Source: Eledone cirrhosa (lineage: Eukaryota). From it: 64,000 bases of DNA. A program made the position numbers and the translations under genes. The notes under the pieces were generated by a model. That model saw nothing but the letters and a program-made list of their open reading frames with translations, did not search any database and had not been told where the DNA came from. Below are positions 47,469-62,700 of the stretch, in pieces (the first letter of the stretch is position 1; each line of letters begins with the position of its first letter). Location: NCBI GenBank assembly GCA_964016885.1, contig OZ024750.1, positions 37,882,001 to 37,946,000 of the forward strand, read 5' to 3'.

Positions 47469-50129
47469 GGCTAACCTGTACACTGTATGTGATGTACCAT
47501 GAAGTTATAGCTAACCTGTACACTGTATGTGATGTACTATGAAGCTATGACTAATCTGTACACTGTATGTGATGTACCATGAAGCTATGACTAATCTGTA
47601 CACTGTATGTGATGTAACATGAAGCTAGAGCTAACCTGTACACTGTATGCGATGTACCATGAAGCTATGACTAACCTATACACTGTATGTGATGTACCAT
47701 GAAGCTATAGCTAACCTGTACACTGTATGTGATGTACCATGAAGTTATAGTTAACCTGTACACTGTATGTGATGTACCATGAAGCTATGACTAATCTGTA
47801 CACTGTATGTGATGTACCATGAAGCTATAGCTAACCCGTACACTGTATGTGATGTACCATGAAGTTATGACTAACCTGTACACTGTATGTGATGTACCAT
47901 GAAGCTATGACTAACCTGTACACTGTATGTGATGTAACATGAAGCTATAGCTAACCTGTACACTGTATGTGATGTACCATGAAGCTATGACTAACCTGTA
48001 CACTGTATGTGATGTACCATGAAGCTATAGCTAACCTATACACTGTATGTGATGTACCATGAAACTATAACTAACCTGTACACTGTATGTGATGTACCAT
48101 GAAGCTATGGCTAACCTGTACACTGTATGTGATGTAACATGAAGCTATAGCTAACCTGTACACTGTACGTGATGTACCATGAAGCTATGACTAACCTGTA
48201 CACTATATGTGATGTACCATCAAGCTATGACTAACCTGTACACTGAATGTGATGTACCATGAAGCTATGGCTAACCTGTACACTGTATGTGATGTACCAT
48301 GAAGCCATGGCTAACCTGTACACTGTATGTGATGTACCATGAAGCTATGGCTAACCTGTAAACTGTATATGATGTACCATGAAGCTATGACTAACCTTTA
48401 CACTGTATGTGATGTACCATGAAGCTATGGCTAACATGTACACTGTATGTGATGTACCATGAAGCTATGACTAACCTGTACACTGTATGTGATGTACCAT
48501 GAAGCTATGGCTAACCTGTACACTGTATGTGATGTACCATGAGGCTATGACTAACCTGTACACTGTATGTGATGTTCCATGAAGCTATGACTAACCTGTA
48601 CACTGTATGTGATGTACCATGAAGCTATGGCTAACCTGTACACTGTATGTGATGTACCATGAAGCTATGACTAACCTGTACACTCTATATGATGTACCAT
48701 GAAGCTATGACTAACATGTACACTGTATGCGATGTACCATGAAGCTATGACTAACCTGTACACTGTATGTGATGTACCATGAAGCTATGACTAACCTGTA
48801 CACTGTATGTGATGTACCATGAAGTTATGACTAACCTGTACACTGTATGTGATGTACCATGAAGCTATGACTAAACTATACACTGTATGTGATGTACCAT
48901 GTAGCTATGACTAACCTTTACACTGTATGTGATGTACCATGAAGCTATGGCTAACCTGTACACTGTATGTGATGTACCATGAACCTATGGCTAACCTGTA
49001 CACTGTATGTGATGTACCATGAAGTTATGACTAACATGTACACTGTATGTGATGTACCATGAAGCTATGGCTAGCCTGTACACTGTATGTGATGTACCAT
49101 GAAGCTATAGCTAACCTATACACTGTATGTGATGTACCATGAAGCTATGACTAACCTGTACACTGTATGTGATGTACCATGAAGCTATGACTAACCTATA
49201 CACTGTATGTGATGTACCATGAAGCTATGACTAACCTGTACACTGAATGTGATGTACCATGAAGCTATGACTAACATGTACACTGTATGTGATGTACCAT
49301 GAAGCTATGACTAACTTGTACACTGTATGTGATGTACCATGAAGCTATGCTAACCTGTACACTGTATGTGATGTACCATGAAGCTATGGTTAACCTGTAC
49401 AATGTATGTGATATACCATGAAGCTATGACTAACCTATACACTGTATGTGATGTACCATGAAGCTATGACTAACCTGTACACTGTATGTGATGTACCATG
49501 AAGCTATGGCTAACCTGTACACTGTATGTGATGTACCATGAAGCTATGACTAACCTGTACACTGTATGTGATGTACCATGAAGCTATGGCTAACCTGTAC
49601 ACTGTATGTGATGTACCATGAAGCTATGACTAATCTGTACACTGTATGTGATGTACCATGAAGCTATAGCTAACCCGTACACTGTATGTGATGTACCATG
49701 AAGCTATGACTAACCTGTACACTGTATGTGATGTACCATGAAGCTATGACTAACCTGTACACTGTATGTGATGTAACATGAAGCTATAGCTAACCTGTAC
49801 ACTGTATGTGATGTACCATGAAGCTATGACTAACCTGTACACTGTATGTGATGTACCATGAAGCTATAGCTAACCTATACACTGTATGTGATGTACCATG
49901 AAACTATGACTAACCTGTACACTGTATGTGATGTAACATGAAGCTATAGCTAACCTGTACACTGTATGTGATGTACCATGAAGCTATGACTAACCTGTAC
50001 ACTGTATGTGATGTACCATGAAGCTATGACTAACCTGTACACAGTATGTGATGTACCATGAAGCTATGGCTAACCTGTACACTGTATGTGATGTACCATG
50101 AAGCTATGGCTAACCTGTACACTGTATGT

Positions 50130-53100
50130 GATGTACCATGAAGCTATGGCTAATCTGTACACTGTATATGATGTACCATGAAGCTATGACTAACCTTTAC
50201 ACTGTATGTGATGTACCATGAAGCTATGGCTAACATGTACACTGTATGTGAAGTACCATGAAGCTATGACTAACCTGTACACTGTATCTGATGTACCATG
50301 AAGCTATGGCTAACCTGTACACTGTATGTGATGTACCATGAAGCTATGACTAACCTGTACACTGTATGTGATGTTCCATGAAGCTATGACTAACCTGTAC
50401 ACTGTATGTGATGTACCATGAAGCTATGACTAACCTGTACACTGTATATGATGTACCATGAAGCTATGACTAACATGTACACTGTATGCGATGTACCATG
50501 AAGCTATGACTAACCTGTACACTGTATGTGATGTACCATGAAGCTATGACTAACCTGTACACTGTATGTGATGTACCATGAAGCTATGACTAAACTATAC
50601 ATGTATGTGATGTACCATGTAGCTATGACTAACCTTTACACTGTATGTGATGTACCATGAAGCTATGGCTAACCTGTACACTGTATGTGATGTACCATGA
50701 AACTATGGCTAACCTGTACACTGTATGTGATGTACCATGAAGTTATGACTAACATGTACACTGTATGTGATGAACCATGAAGCTATGGCTAACCTGTACA
50801 CTGTATGTGATGTACCATGAAGCTATAGCTAACCTATACACTGTATGTGATGTACCATGAAGCTATGACTAACCTGTACACTGTATGTGATGTACCATGA
50901 AGCTATGACTAACCTGTACACTGAATGTGATGTACCATGAAGCTATGGCTAACCTGTACACTGTATGTGATGTACCATGAAGCTATGACTAACCTGTACA
51001 CTGTATGTGATGTACCATGAAGCTATGGCTAACCTGTACACTGTATGTGATGTACCATGAAGCTATGACTAACCTTTACACTGTATGTGATGTACCATGA
51101 AGCTATGGCTAACATGTACACTGTATGTGAAGTACCATGAAGCTATGACTAACCTGTACACTGTATGTGATGTACCATGAAGCTATGACTAACCTGTACA
51201 CTGTATGTGATGTTCCATGAAGCTATGACTAACCTGTACACTGTATGTGATGTACCATGAAGCTATGGCTAACCTGTACACTGTATGTGATGTACCATGA
51301 AGCTATGGCTAACCTGTACACTGTATGTGATGTACCATGAAGCTATGACTAACCTGTACACTGTATATGATGTACCATGAAGCTATGACTAACATGTACA
51401 CTGTATGCGATGTACCATGAAGCTATGACTAAGCTGTACACTGTATGTGATGTACCATGAAGTTATGACTAACATGTACACTCTATGTGATGTACCATGA
51501 AGCTATGACTAAACTATACACTGTATGTGATGTACCATGTAGCTATGACTAACCTTTACACTGTATGTGATGTACCATGAAGCTATGGCTAACCTGTACA
51601 CTGTATGTGATGTACCATGAAGCTATGACTAACATGTACACTGTATGTGATGAACAATGAAGCTATGGCTAACCTGTACACTGTATGTGATGTACCATGA
51701 AGCTATAGCTAACCTATACACTGTATGTGATGTACCATGAAGCTATGACTAACCTGTATACTGTATGTGATGTACCATGAAGCTATGACTAACCTGTACA
51801 CTGTATGTGATGTACCATGAAGCTATGGCTAACCTGTACACTGTATGTGATGTACCATGAAGCTATGACTAACCTGTACACTGTATGTGATGTACCATGA
51901 AGCTATGGCTAACCTGTACACTGTATGTGATGTACCATGAAGCTATGGCTAACCTGTACACTGTATGTGATGTACCATGAAGCTATGGCTAACCTGTACA
52001 CTGTATGTGATGTACCATGAAGCTATGACTAACCTGTACACTGTATGTGATGTACCATGAAGCTATGGCTAATCTGTACACTGTATATGATGTACCATGA
52101 AGCTATGACTAACCTTTACACTGTATGTGATGTACCATGAAGCTATGGCTAACATGTACACTGTATGTGAAGTACCATGAAGCTATGACTAACCTGTACA
52201 CTGTATGTGATGTACCATGAAGCTATGGCTAACCTGTACACTGTATGTGATGTACCATGAAGCTATGACTAACCTGTACACTGTATGTGATGTTCCATGA
52301 AGCTATGACTAACCTGTACACTGTATGTGGTGTACCATGAAGCTATGACTAACCTGTACACTGTATATGATGTACCATGAAGCTATGACTAACCTGTACA
52401 CTGTATGCGATGTACCATGAAGCTATGACTAACCTGTACACTGTATGTGATGTACCATGAAGCTATGACTAACCTGTACACTGTATGTGATGTACCATGA
52501 AGCTATGACTAAACTATACATGTATGTGATGTACCATGTAGCTATGACTAACCTTTACACTGTATGTGATGTACCATGAAGCTATGGCTAACCTGTACAC
52601 TGTATGTGATGTACCATGAAACTATGGCTAACCTGTACACTGTATGTGATGTACCATGAAGTTATGACTAACATGTACACTGTATGTGATGAACCATGAA
52701 GCTATGGCTAACCTGTACACTGTATGTGATGTACCATGAAGCTATAGCTAACCTATACACTGTATGTGATGTACCATGAAGCTATGACTAACCTGTACAC
52801 TGTATGTGATGTACCATGAAGCTATGACTAACCTGTACACTGAATGTGATGTACCATGAAGCTATGGCTAACCTGTACACTGTATGTGATGTACCATGAA
52901 GCTATGACTAACCTGTACACTGTATGTGATGTACCATGAAGCTATGGCTAACCTGTACACTGTATGTGATGTACCATGAAGCTATGACTAACCTTTACAC
53001 TGTATGTGATGTACCATGAAGCTATGGCTAACATGTACACTGTATGTGAAGTACCATGAAGCTATGACTAACCTGTACACTGTATGTGATGTACCATGAA

Positions 53101-53960
53101 GCTATGACTAACCTGTACACTGTATGTGATGTTCCATGAAGCTATGACTAACCTGTACACTGTATGTGATGTACCATGAAGCTATGGCTAACCTGTACAC
53201 TGTATGTGATGTACCATGAAGCTATGGCTAACCTGTACACTGTATGTGATGTACCATGAAGCTATGACTAACCTGTACACTGTATATGATGTACCATGAA
53301 GCTATGACTAACATGTACACTGTATGCGATGTACCATGAAGCTATGACTAAGCTGTACACTGTATGTGATGTACCATGAAGTTATGACTAACATGTACAC
53401 TCTATGTGATGTACCATGAAGCTATGACTAAACTATACACTGTATGTGATGTACCATGTAGCTATGACTAACCTTTACACTGTATGTGATGTACCATGAA
53501 GCTATGGCTAACCTGTACACTGTATGTGATGTACCATGAACCTATGGCTAACCTGTACACTGTATGTGATGTACCATGAAGTTATGACTAACATGTACAC
53601 TGTATGTGATGAACAATGAAGCTATGGCTAACCTGTACACTGTATGTGATGTACCATGAAGCTATAGCTAACCTATACACTGTATGTGATGTACCATGAA
53701 GCTATGACTAACCTGTATACTGTATGTGATGTACCATGAAGCTATGACTAACCTGTACACTGTATGTGATGTACCATGAAGCTATGGCTAAACTGTACAC
53801 TGTATGTGATGTACCATGATGCTATGACTAACCTGTACACTGTATGTGATGTACCATGAAGCTATGGCTAACCTGTACACTGTATGTGATGTACCATGAA
53901 GCTATGGCTAACCTGTACACTGTATGTGATGTACCATGAAGCTATGGCTAACCTGTACAC
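50130..53960. repeat. Tandem duplication of ~1,919 bp (48 monomers), the second copy with one extra monomer near 53540
   Basis: AATCTGTACACTGTATATG 50152/52071, the 1-bp deletion TATACATG ~50601/52520 and AGCTGTAC 51432/53351 give offset 1,919. GAACAATG 51652/53611 gives offset 1,959. Confidence 0.88.
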
Positions 53961-55809
53961 TGTATGTGATGTACCATGAAGCTATGGCTAACATGTACAC
54001 TGTATGTGATGTACCATGAAGCTATGACTAACCTGTACACTGTATGTGATGTACCATGAAGCTATAGCTAACCTGTACACTGTATGTGATGTACCATGAA
54101 GCTATGGCTAACCTCTACACTGTATGTGATGTACCATGAAGCTATGACTAACCTGTACACTGTATATGATGTACCATGAAGCTATGACTAACCTGTACAC
54201 TGAATGTGATGTACCATGAAGCTATGACTAACATGTACACTGTATGTGATGTACCATGAAGCTCTGACTAACCTGTACACTGTATGTGATGTACCATGAA
54301 GCTATGCTAACATGTACACATTATGTGATGTACCATGAAGCTATGGCTAACCTGTACAATGTATGTGATGTACCATGAAGCTATGACTAACCTATACACT
54401 GTATGTGATGTACCATGAAGCTATGACTAACCTGTACACTGTATGTGATGTACCATGAAGCTATGGCTAACCTGTACACTGTATGTGATGTACCATGAAG
54501 CTATGACTAACCTGTACACTGTATGTGATGTACCATGAAGCTATGGCTAACCTGTACACTCTATGTGATGTACCATGAAGCTATGGCTAACCTGTACACT
54601 GTATGTGATGTACCATGAAGCTATGGCTAACCTGTACACTGTATGTGATGTACCATGAAGCTATGGCTAACCTGTACACTGTATGTGATGTACCATGAAG
54701 CTATGACTAACCTGTACACTGTATGTGATGTACCATGAAGCAATAGCTAACCTGTACACTGTATGTGATGTACCATGAAGCTATGGCTAACCTGTACACT
54801 GTATGTGATGTACCATGAAGCCATGACTAACCAGTACACTGTATATGATGTACCATGAAGCTATGACTAACCTTTACACTGTATGTGATGTACCATGAAG
54901 CTATGGCTAACATGTACACTGTATGTGATGTACCATGAAGCTATGACTAACCTGTACACTGTATGTGATGTACCATGAAGCTATGGCTAACCTGTACACT
55001 GTATGTGATGTACCATGAAGCTATGACTAACCTGTACACTGTATGTGATGTTCCATGAAGCTATGACTAACCTGTACACTGTATGTGATGTACCATGAAG
55101 CTATGGCTAACCTGTACACTGTATGTGATGTAGCATGAAGCTATGACTAACCTGTACACTGTATATGATGTACCATGAAGCTATGACTAACATGTACACT
55201 GTATGCGAAGTACCATGAAGCTATGACTAACCTGTACACTGTATGTGATGTACCATGAAGCTATGGCTAACCTGTACACTGTATGTGATGTACCATGAAG
55301 CTATGACTAACCTGTACACTGTATATGATGTACCATGAAGCTATGACTAACATGTACACTGTATGCGATGTACCATGAAGCTATGACTAACCTGTACACT
55401 GTATGTGATGTACCATGAAGCTATGACTAACCTGTACACTGTATGTAATGTACCATGAAGTTATGACTAACCTGTACACTGTATGTGATGTACCATGAAG
55501 CTATGACTAAACTATACACTGTATGTGATGTACCATGTAGCTATGACTAACCTTTACACTGTATGTGATGTACCATGAAGCTATGGCTAACCTGTACACT
55601 GTATGTGATGTACCATGAACCTATGACTAACCTGTACACTGTATGTGATGTACCATGAAGCTATGACTAACCTGTACACTGTATGTGATGTACCATGAAG
55701 CTATGGCTAACCTGTACACTGTATGTGATGTACCATGAAGCTATGACTAACCTGTACACTGTATGTGATGTACCATGAATCTATGACTAACCTGTACACT
55801 GTATGTGAT

Positions 55810-56820
55810 GTTCCATGAAGATATGACTAACCTGTACACTATGTGATGTACCATGAAGCTATGGCTAACCTGTACACTGTATGTGATGTAGCATGAAGCT
55901 ATGACTAACCTGTACACTGTATATGATGTACCATGAAGCTATGATTAACATTTACACTGTATGCGATGTACCATGAAGCTATGACTAACCTGTACACTGT
56001 ATGTGATGTACCATGAAGCTATGACTAACCTGTACACTGTATGTGATGTACCATGAAGCTATGGCTAACCTGTACACTGTATGTGATGTACCATGAAGCT
56101 ATGACTAACCTGTACACTGTATGTGATGTACCATGAAGCTATGACTAACCTGTACACTGTATGTGATGTTCCATGAAGATATGACTAACCTGTACACTAT
56201 GTGATGTACCATGAAGCTATGGCTAACCTGTACACTGTATGTGATGTAGCATGAAGCTATGACTAACCTGTACACTGTATATGATGTACCATGAAGCTAT
56301 GATTAACATGTACACTGTATGCGATGTACCATGAAGCTATGACTAACCTGTACACTGTATGTGATGTACCATGAAGCTATGACTAATCTGTACACTGTAT
56401 GTGATGTACCATGAAGCTATGACTAACCTATACACTGTATGTGTTGTACCATGTAGCTATGACTAACCTATACACTGTATGTGATGTACCATGAAGATAT
56501 GACTAACCTGTACACTATGTGATGTACCATGAAGCTATGGCTAACCTGTACACTGTATGTGATGTAGCATGAAGCTATGACTAACCTGTACACTGTATAT
56601 GATGTACCATGAAGCTATGATTAACATGTACACTGTATGCGATGTACCATGAAGCTATGACTAACCTGTACACTGTATGTGATGTACCATGAAGCTATGA
56701 CTAACCTGTACACTGTATGTGATGTACCATGAAGCTATGACTAACCTATACACTCTATGTGTTGTACCATGTAGCTATGACTAACCTATACACTGTATGT
56801 GATGTACCATGAAGCTATGG
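55810..56820. repeat. Three short local units (358- and 318-bp spacing), each marked by GAAGATATGAC followed by a 38-bp monomer (2-bp deletion, TACACTATGTG)
   Basis: The 2-bp deletion falls after 55840, 56198 and 56516 (spacing 358 = 9x40-2 and 318 = 8x40-2). Each is followed by TAGCATG, TATATG, GATTAACAT and TATGCG variants. Confidence 0.88.
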
Positions 56821-57179
56821 CTAACCTGTACACTGTATGTGATGTACCATGAAGCTATGGCTAACCTGTACACTCTATGTGATGTACCATGAAATTATGA
56901 CTAACATGTACACTGTATATGATGTACCATGAATCTATGGCTAACCTGTACACAGTATGTGATTTACCGTGAAGCTATGACTAACCTATACACTCTATGT
57001 GATGTACCATGAAGCTATGTCTAACCTGTACACCGTATGTGATGTACCATGAAGCTATGACTAACCTATACACTGTATGTGATGTACCATGAAGCTATGA
57101 CTAACCTGTACACTGTATGTGATGTACCATGAAGCTATGACTAACCTATACACTGTATGTGATGTACCATGCAGCTATG

Positions 57180-60100
57180 ACTAACCTGTGAACTGTATGT
57201 GATGTACCATGAAGCTATGGCTATCCTGTACACTGTATGTGATGTACCATGAAGCTATGTCTAACCTGTACACTGTATGTGATGTACCATGAAGTTATAG
57301 CTAACCTGTACACTGTATGTGATGTATTATGAAGCTATGACTAATCTGTACACTGTATGTGATGTACCATGAAGCTATGACTAATCTGTACACTGTATGT
57401 GAAGTAACATGAAGCTATAGCTAACCTGTACACTGTATGTGATGTACCATGAAGCTATGATTAACCTATACACTGTATGTGATGTACCATGAAGCTATAG
57501 CTAACCTGTACACTGTATGTGATGTACCATGAAGTTATAGCTAACCTGTGCACTGTATGTGATGTACCATGAAGCTATGACTAACCTGTACACTGTATGT
57601 GATGTACCATGAAGCTATGACTAACCTATACACTGTATGTGATGTACCATGAAGCTATGACTAACCTTTACACTGTATGTGATGTACGATGAATTCTATG
57701 ACTAACCTGTACACTGTATGTGATGTACCATGAAGCTATGACTAACCTATACACTGTATGTGATGTACCATGAAGCTATGACTAACCTTTACACTGTATG
57801 TGATGTACCATGAAGCTATGGCTAACCTGTACACTGTATGTGATGTACCATGAAGCTATGGCTAACCTGTGCACTGTATGTGATGTACCATGAAGTTATA
57901 GCTAATCTGTCCACTGTATGTGATGTAACATGAAGCTATAGCTAACCTGTACTCTGTATGTGATGTACCATGAAGCTATGACTAACCTGTACACTGTATG
58001 TGATGTACCATGAAGCTATGGCTAACCTGTACACTGTATGTGATGTACCATGAAGCTATGTCTAACCTGTACATTGTATGTGATGTTCCATGAAGCAATG
58101 ACTAACCTGTACACTGTATGTGATGTACCATGAAGCTATGGCTAACCTGTACACTGTATGTGATGTACCATGAAGCTATGACTAACCTGTACACTGTATA
58201 TGATGTACCATGAAGCTATGACTAACATGTACACTGTATGCGATGTACCATGAAGCTATGACTAACCTGTACACTGTATGTGATGTACCATGAAGCTATG
58301 ACTAACCTGTACACTGTATGTGATGTACCATGAAGCTATGACTAACCTGTACACTGTATGTGATGTACCATGAAGCTATGACTAACCTATACACTGTATG
58401 TGATGTACCATGTAGCTATGATTAACCTTTACACTGTATGTGATGTACCATGAAGCTATGGCTAACCTGTACACTGTATGTGATGTACCATGACCCTATG
58501 GCTAACCTGTACACTGTATGTGATGTACCATGAAGTTATGACTAACATGTACACTGTATGTGATGTACCATGAAGCTATGACTAACCTGTACACTGTATG
58601 TGATGTACCATGAAGCTATGACTAACCTGTACACTGTATGTGATGTACCATGAAGCTATGGCTAACCTGTACACTGTATGTGATGTACCATGAAGCTATG
58701 GCTAACCTGTACACTGTATGTGATGTACCATGAAGCTGTGGCTAACCTGTACACTGTATGTGATGTACCATGAAGCTATGGCTAACCTGTACACTGTATG
58801 TGATGTACCATGAAGCTATGACTAACCTGTACACTGTATGTGATGTACCATGAAGCTATAGCTAACCTGTACACTGTATGTGATGTACCATGAAGCTATG
58901 GCTAACCTGTACACTGTATGTGATGTACCATGAAGCCATGACTAACCAGTACACTGTATATGATGTACCATGAAGCTATGACTAACCTTTACACTGTATG
59001 TGATGTACCATGAAGCTATGGCTAACATGTACACTGTATGTGATGTACCATGAAGCTATGACTAACCTGTACACTGTATGTGATGTACCATGAAGCTATG
59101 GCTAACCTGTACACTGTATGTGATGTACCATGAAGCTATGACTAACCTGTACACTGTATGTGATGTTCCATGAAGCTATGACTAACCTGTACACTGTATG
59201 TGATGTACCATGAAGCTATGGCTAACCTGTACACTGTATGTGATGTAGCATGAAGCTATGACTAACCTGTACACTGTATATGATGTACCATGAAGCTATG
59301 ACTAACATGTACACTGTATGCGAAGTACCATGAAGCTATGACTAACCTGTACACTGTATGTGATGTACCATGAAGCTATGACTAACCTGTACACTGTATG
59401 TGATGTACCATGAAGCTATGACTAACCTGTACACTGTATGTGATGTACCATGAAGCTATGACTAACCTATACACTGTATGTGTTGTACCATGTAGCTATG
59501 ACTAATCTATACACTGTATGTGATGTACCATGAAGCTATGGCTAACCTGTACACTGTATGTGATGTACCATGAAGCTATGGCTAACCTGTACACTGTATG
59601 TGATGTACCATGAAGTTATGACTAACATGTACACTGTATGTGATGTACCATGAAGCTATGACTAACCTGTACACTGTATGTGATGTACCATGAATCTATG
59701 GCTGACCTGTACACTGTATGTGATGTACCGTGAAGCTATGACTAACCTATACACTCTATGTGATGTACCATGAAGCTATGTCTAACCTGTACACCGTATG
59801 TGATGTACCATGAAGCTATGACTAACCTATACACTGTATGTGATGTACCATGAAGCTATGACTAACCTGTACACTGTATGTGATGTACCATGAAGCTATG
59901 ACTAACCTATACACTGTATGTGATGTACCATGCAGCTATGACTAACCTGTGAACTGTATGTGATGTACCATGAAGCTATGGCTATCCTGTACACTGTATG
60001 TGATGTACCATGAAGCTATGTCTAACCTGTACACTGTATGTGATGTACCATGAAGTTATAGCTAACCTGTACACTGTATGTGATGTATTATGAAGCTATG

Positions 60101-62700
60101 ACTAATCTGTACACTGTATGTGATGTACCATGAAGCTATGACTAATCTGTACACTGTATGTGAAGTAACATGAAGCTATAGCTAACCTGTACACTGTATG
60201 TGATGTACCATGAAGCTATGATTAACCTATACACTGTATGTGATGTACCATGAAGCTATAGCTAACCTGTACACTGTATGTGATGTACCATGAAGTTATA
60301 GCTAACCTGTGCACTGTATGTGATGTACCATGAAGCTATGACTAACCTGTACACTGTATGTGATGTACCATGAAGCTATGACTAACCTATACACTGTATG
60401 TGATGTACCATGAAGCTATGACTAACCTTTACACTGTATGTGATGTACGATGAATTCTATGACTAACCTGTACACTGTATGTGATGTACCATGAAGCTAT
60501 GACTAACCTATACACTGTATGTGATGTACCATGAAGCTATGACTAACCTTTACACTGTATGTGATGTACCATGAAGCTATGGCTAACCTGTACACTGTAT
60601 GTGATGTACCATGAAGCTATGGCTAACCTGTGCACTGTATGTGATGTACCATGAAGTTATAGCTAATCTGTCCACTGTATGTGATGTAACATGAAGCTAT
60701 AGCTAACCTGTACTCTGTATGTGATGTACCATGAAGCTATGACTAACCTGTACACTGTATGTGATGTACCATGAAGCTATGGCTAACCTGTACACTGTAT
60801 GTGATGTACCATGAAGCTATGTCTAACCTGTACATTGTATGTGATGTTCCATGAAGCAATGACTAACCTGTACACTGTATGTGATGTACCATGAAGCTAT
60901 GGCTAACCTGTACACTGTATGTGATGTACCATGAAGCTATGACTAACCTGTACACTGTATATGATGTACCATGAAGCTATGACTAACATGTACACTGTAT
61001 GCGATGTACCATGAAGCTATGACTAACCTGTACACTGTATGTGATGTACCATGAAGCTATGACTAACCTGTACACTGTATGTGATGTACCATGAAGCTAT
61101 GACTAACCTGTACACTGTATGTGATGTACCATGAAGCTATGACTAACCTATACACTGTATGTGATGTACCATGTAGCTATGATTAACCTTTACACTGTAT
61201 GTGATGTACCATGAAGCTATGGCTAACCTGTACACTGTATGTGATGTACCATGACCCTATGGCTAACCTGTACACTGTATGTGATGTACCATGAAGTTAT
61301 GACTAACATGTACACTGTATGTGATGTACCATGAAGCTATGACTAACCTGTACACTGTATGTGATGTACCATGAAGCTATGACTAACCTGTGCACTGTAT
61401 GTGATGTACCATGAAGCTATGGCTAACCTGTACACTGTATGTGATGTACCATGAAGCTATGGCTAACCTGTACACTGTATGTGATGTACCATGAAGCTGT
61501 GGCTAACCTGTACACTGTATGTGATGTACCATGAAGCTATGGCTAACCTGTACACTGTATGTGATGTACCATGAAGCTATGACTAACCTGTACACTGTAT
61601 GTGATGTACCATGAAGCTATAGCTAACCTGTACACTGTATGTGATGTACCATGAAGCTATGGCTAACCTGTACACTGTATGTGATGTACCATGAAGCCAT
61701 GACTAACCAGTACACTGTATATGATGTACCATGAAGCTATGACTAACCTTTACACTGTATGTGATGTACCATGAAGCTATGGCTAACATGTACACTGTAT
61801 GTGATGTACCATGAAGCTATGACTAACCTGTACACTGTATGTGATGTACCATGAAGCTATGGCTAACCTGTACACTGTATGTGATGTACCATGAAGCTAT
61901 GACTAACCTGTACACTGTATGTGATGTTCCATGAAGCTATGACTAACCTGTACACTGTATGTGATGTACCATGAAGCTATGGCTAACCTGTACACTGTAT
62001 GTGATGTAGCATGAAGCTATGACTAACCTGTACACTGTATATGATGTACCATGAAGCTATGACTAACATGTACACTGTATGCGAAGTACCATGAAGCTAT
62101 GACTAACCTGTACACTGTATGTGATGTACCATGAAGCTATGACTAACCTGTACACTGTATGTGATGTACCATGAAGCTATGACTAACCTGTACACTGTAT
62201 GTGATGTACCATGAAGCTATGACTAACCTATACACTGTATGTGTTGTACCATGTAGCTATGACTAATCTATACACTGTATGTGATGTACCATGAAGCTAT
62301 GGCTAACCTGTACACTGTATGTGATGTACCATGAAGCTATGGCTAACCTGTACACTGTATGTGATGTACCATGAAGTTATGACTAACATGTACACTGTAT
62401 GTGATGTACCATGAAGCTATGACTAACCTGTACACTGTATGTGATGTACCATGAATCTATGGCTGACCTGTACACTGTATGTGATGTACCGTGAAGCTAT
62501 GACTAACCTATACACTCTATGTGATGTACCATGAAGCTATGTCTAACCTGTACACCGTATGTGATGTACCATGAAGCTATGACTAACCTATACACTGTAT
62601 GTGATGTACCATGAAGCTATGACTAACCTGTACACTGTATGTGATGTACCATGAAGCTATAACTAACCTATACACTGTATGTGATGTACCATGCAGCTAT
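57180..62700. repeat. Tandem duplication of 2,761 bp (69 monomers incl. one 41-bp monomer): ~57180-59940 and ~59941-62700
   Basis: Offset 2,761 for CTAACCTGTGAACTG 57181/59942, GAATTC 57691/60452 and GCTGACC 59701/62462, with TCCACTG, AAGCAATG, GACCCT, GCTGTGG and AACCAGT variants in the same order. Differences noticed at ~61391 (TGCAC) and ~62661 (TATAAC). Confidence 0.92.

Larger units (their letters stand above)
16400..47470. repeat. Central domain built largely from a 59-monomer (2,359-bp) HOR plus 57-mer (2,279 bp) and 44-mer (1,759 bp) deletion derivatives, typically carrying one 39-bp monomer (TATGCTAAC)
   Basis: ACCGTATG spacing is 2,359 for 17051-19410, 34806-37165 and 43123-45482. 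Spacing of the 39-bp monomer is 2,279 (17958-20237, 31675-33954, 39992-42271) or 1,759 (33954-35713, 42271-44030). The variant order is conserved between units (TAAACTG, CTCTATATG, TATTGC, TGTTAT, TACTATG, CCCG, TATTTG, CTTG, TGAATG, deletion, TAGCATG, ACAATG, GAACCT, CTGCAC, TATCAC, TAACGTG). Confidence 0.85.
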
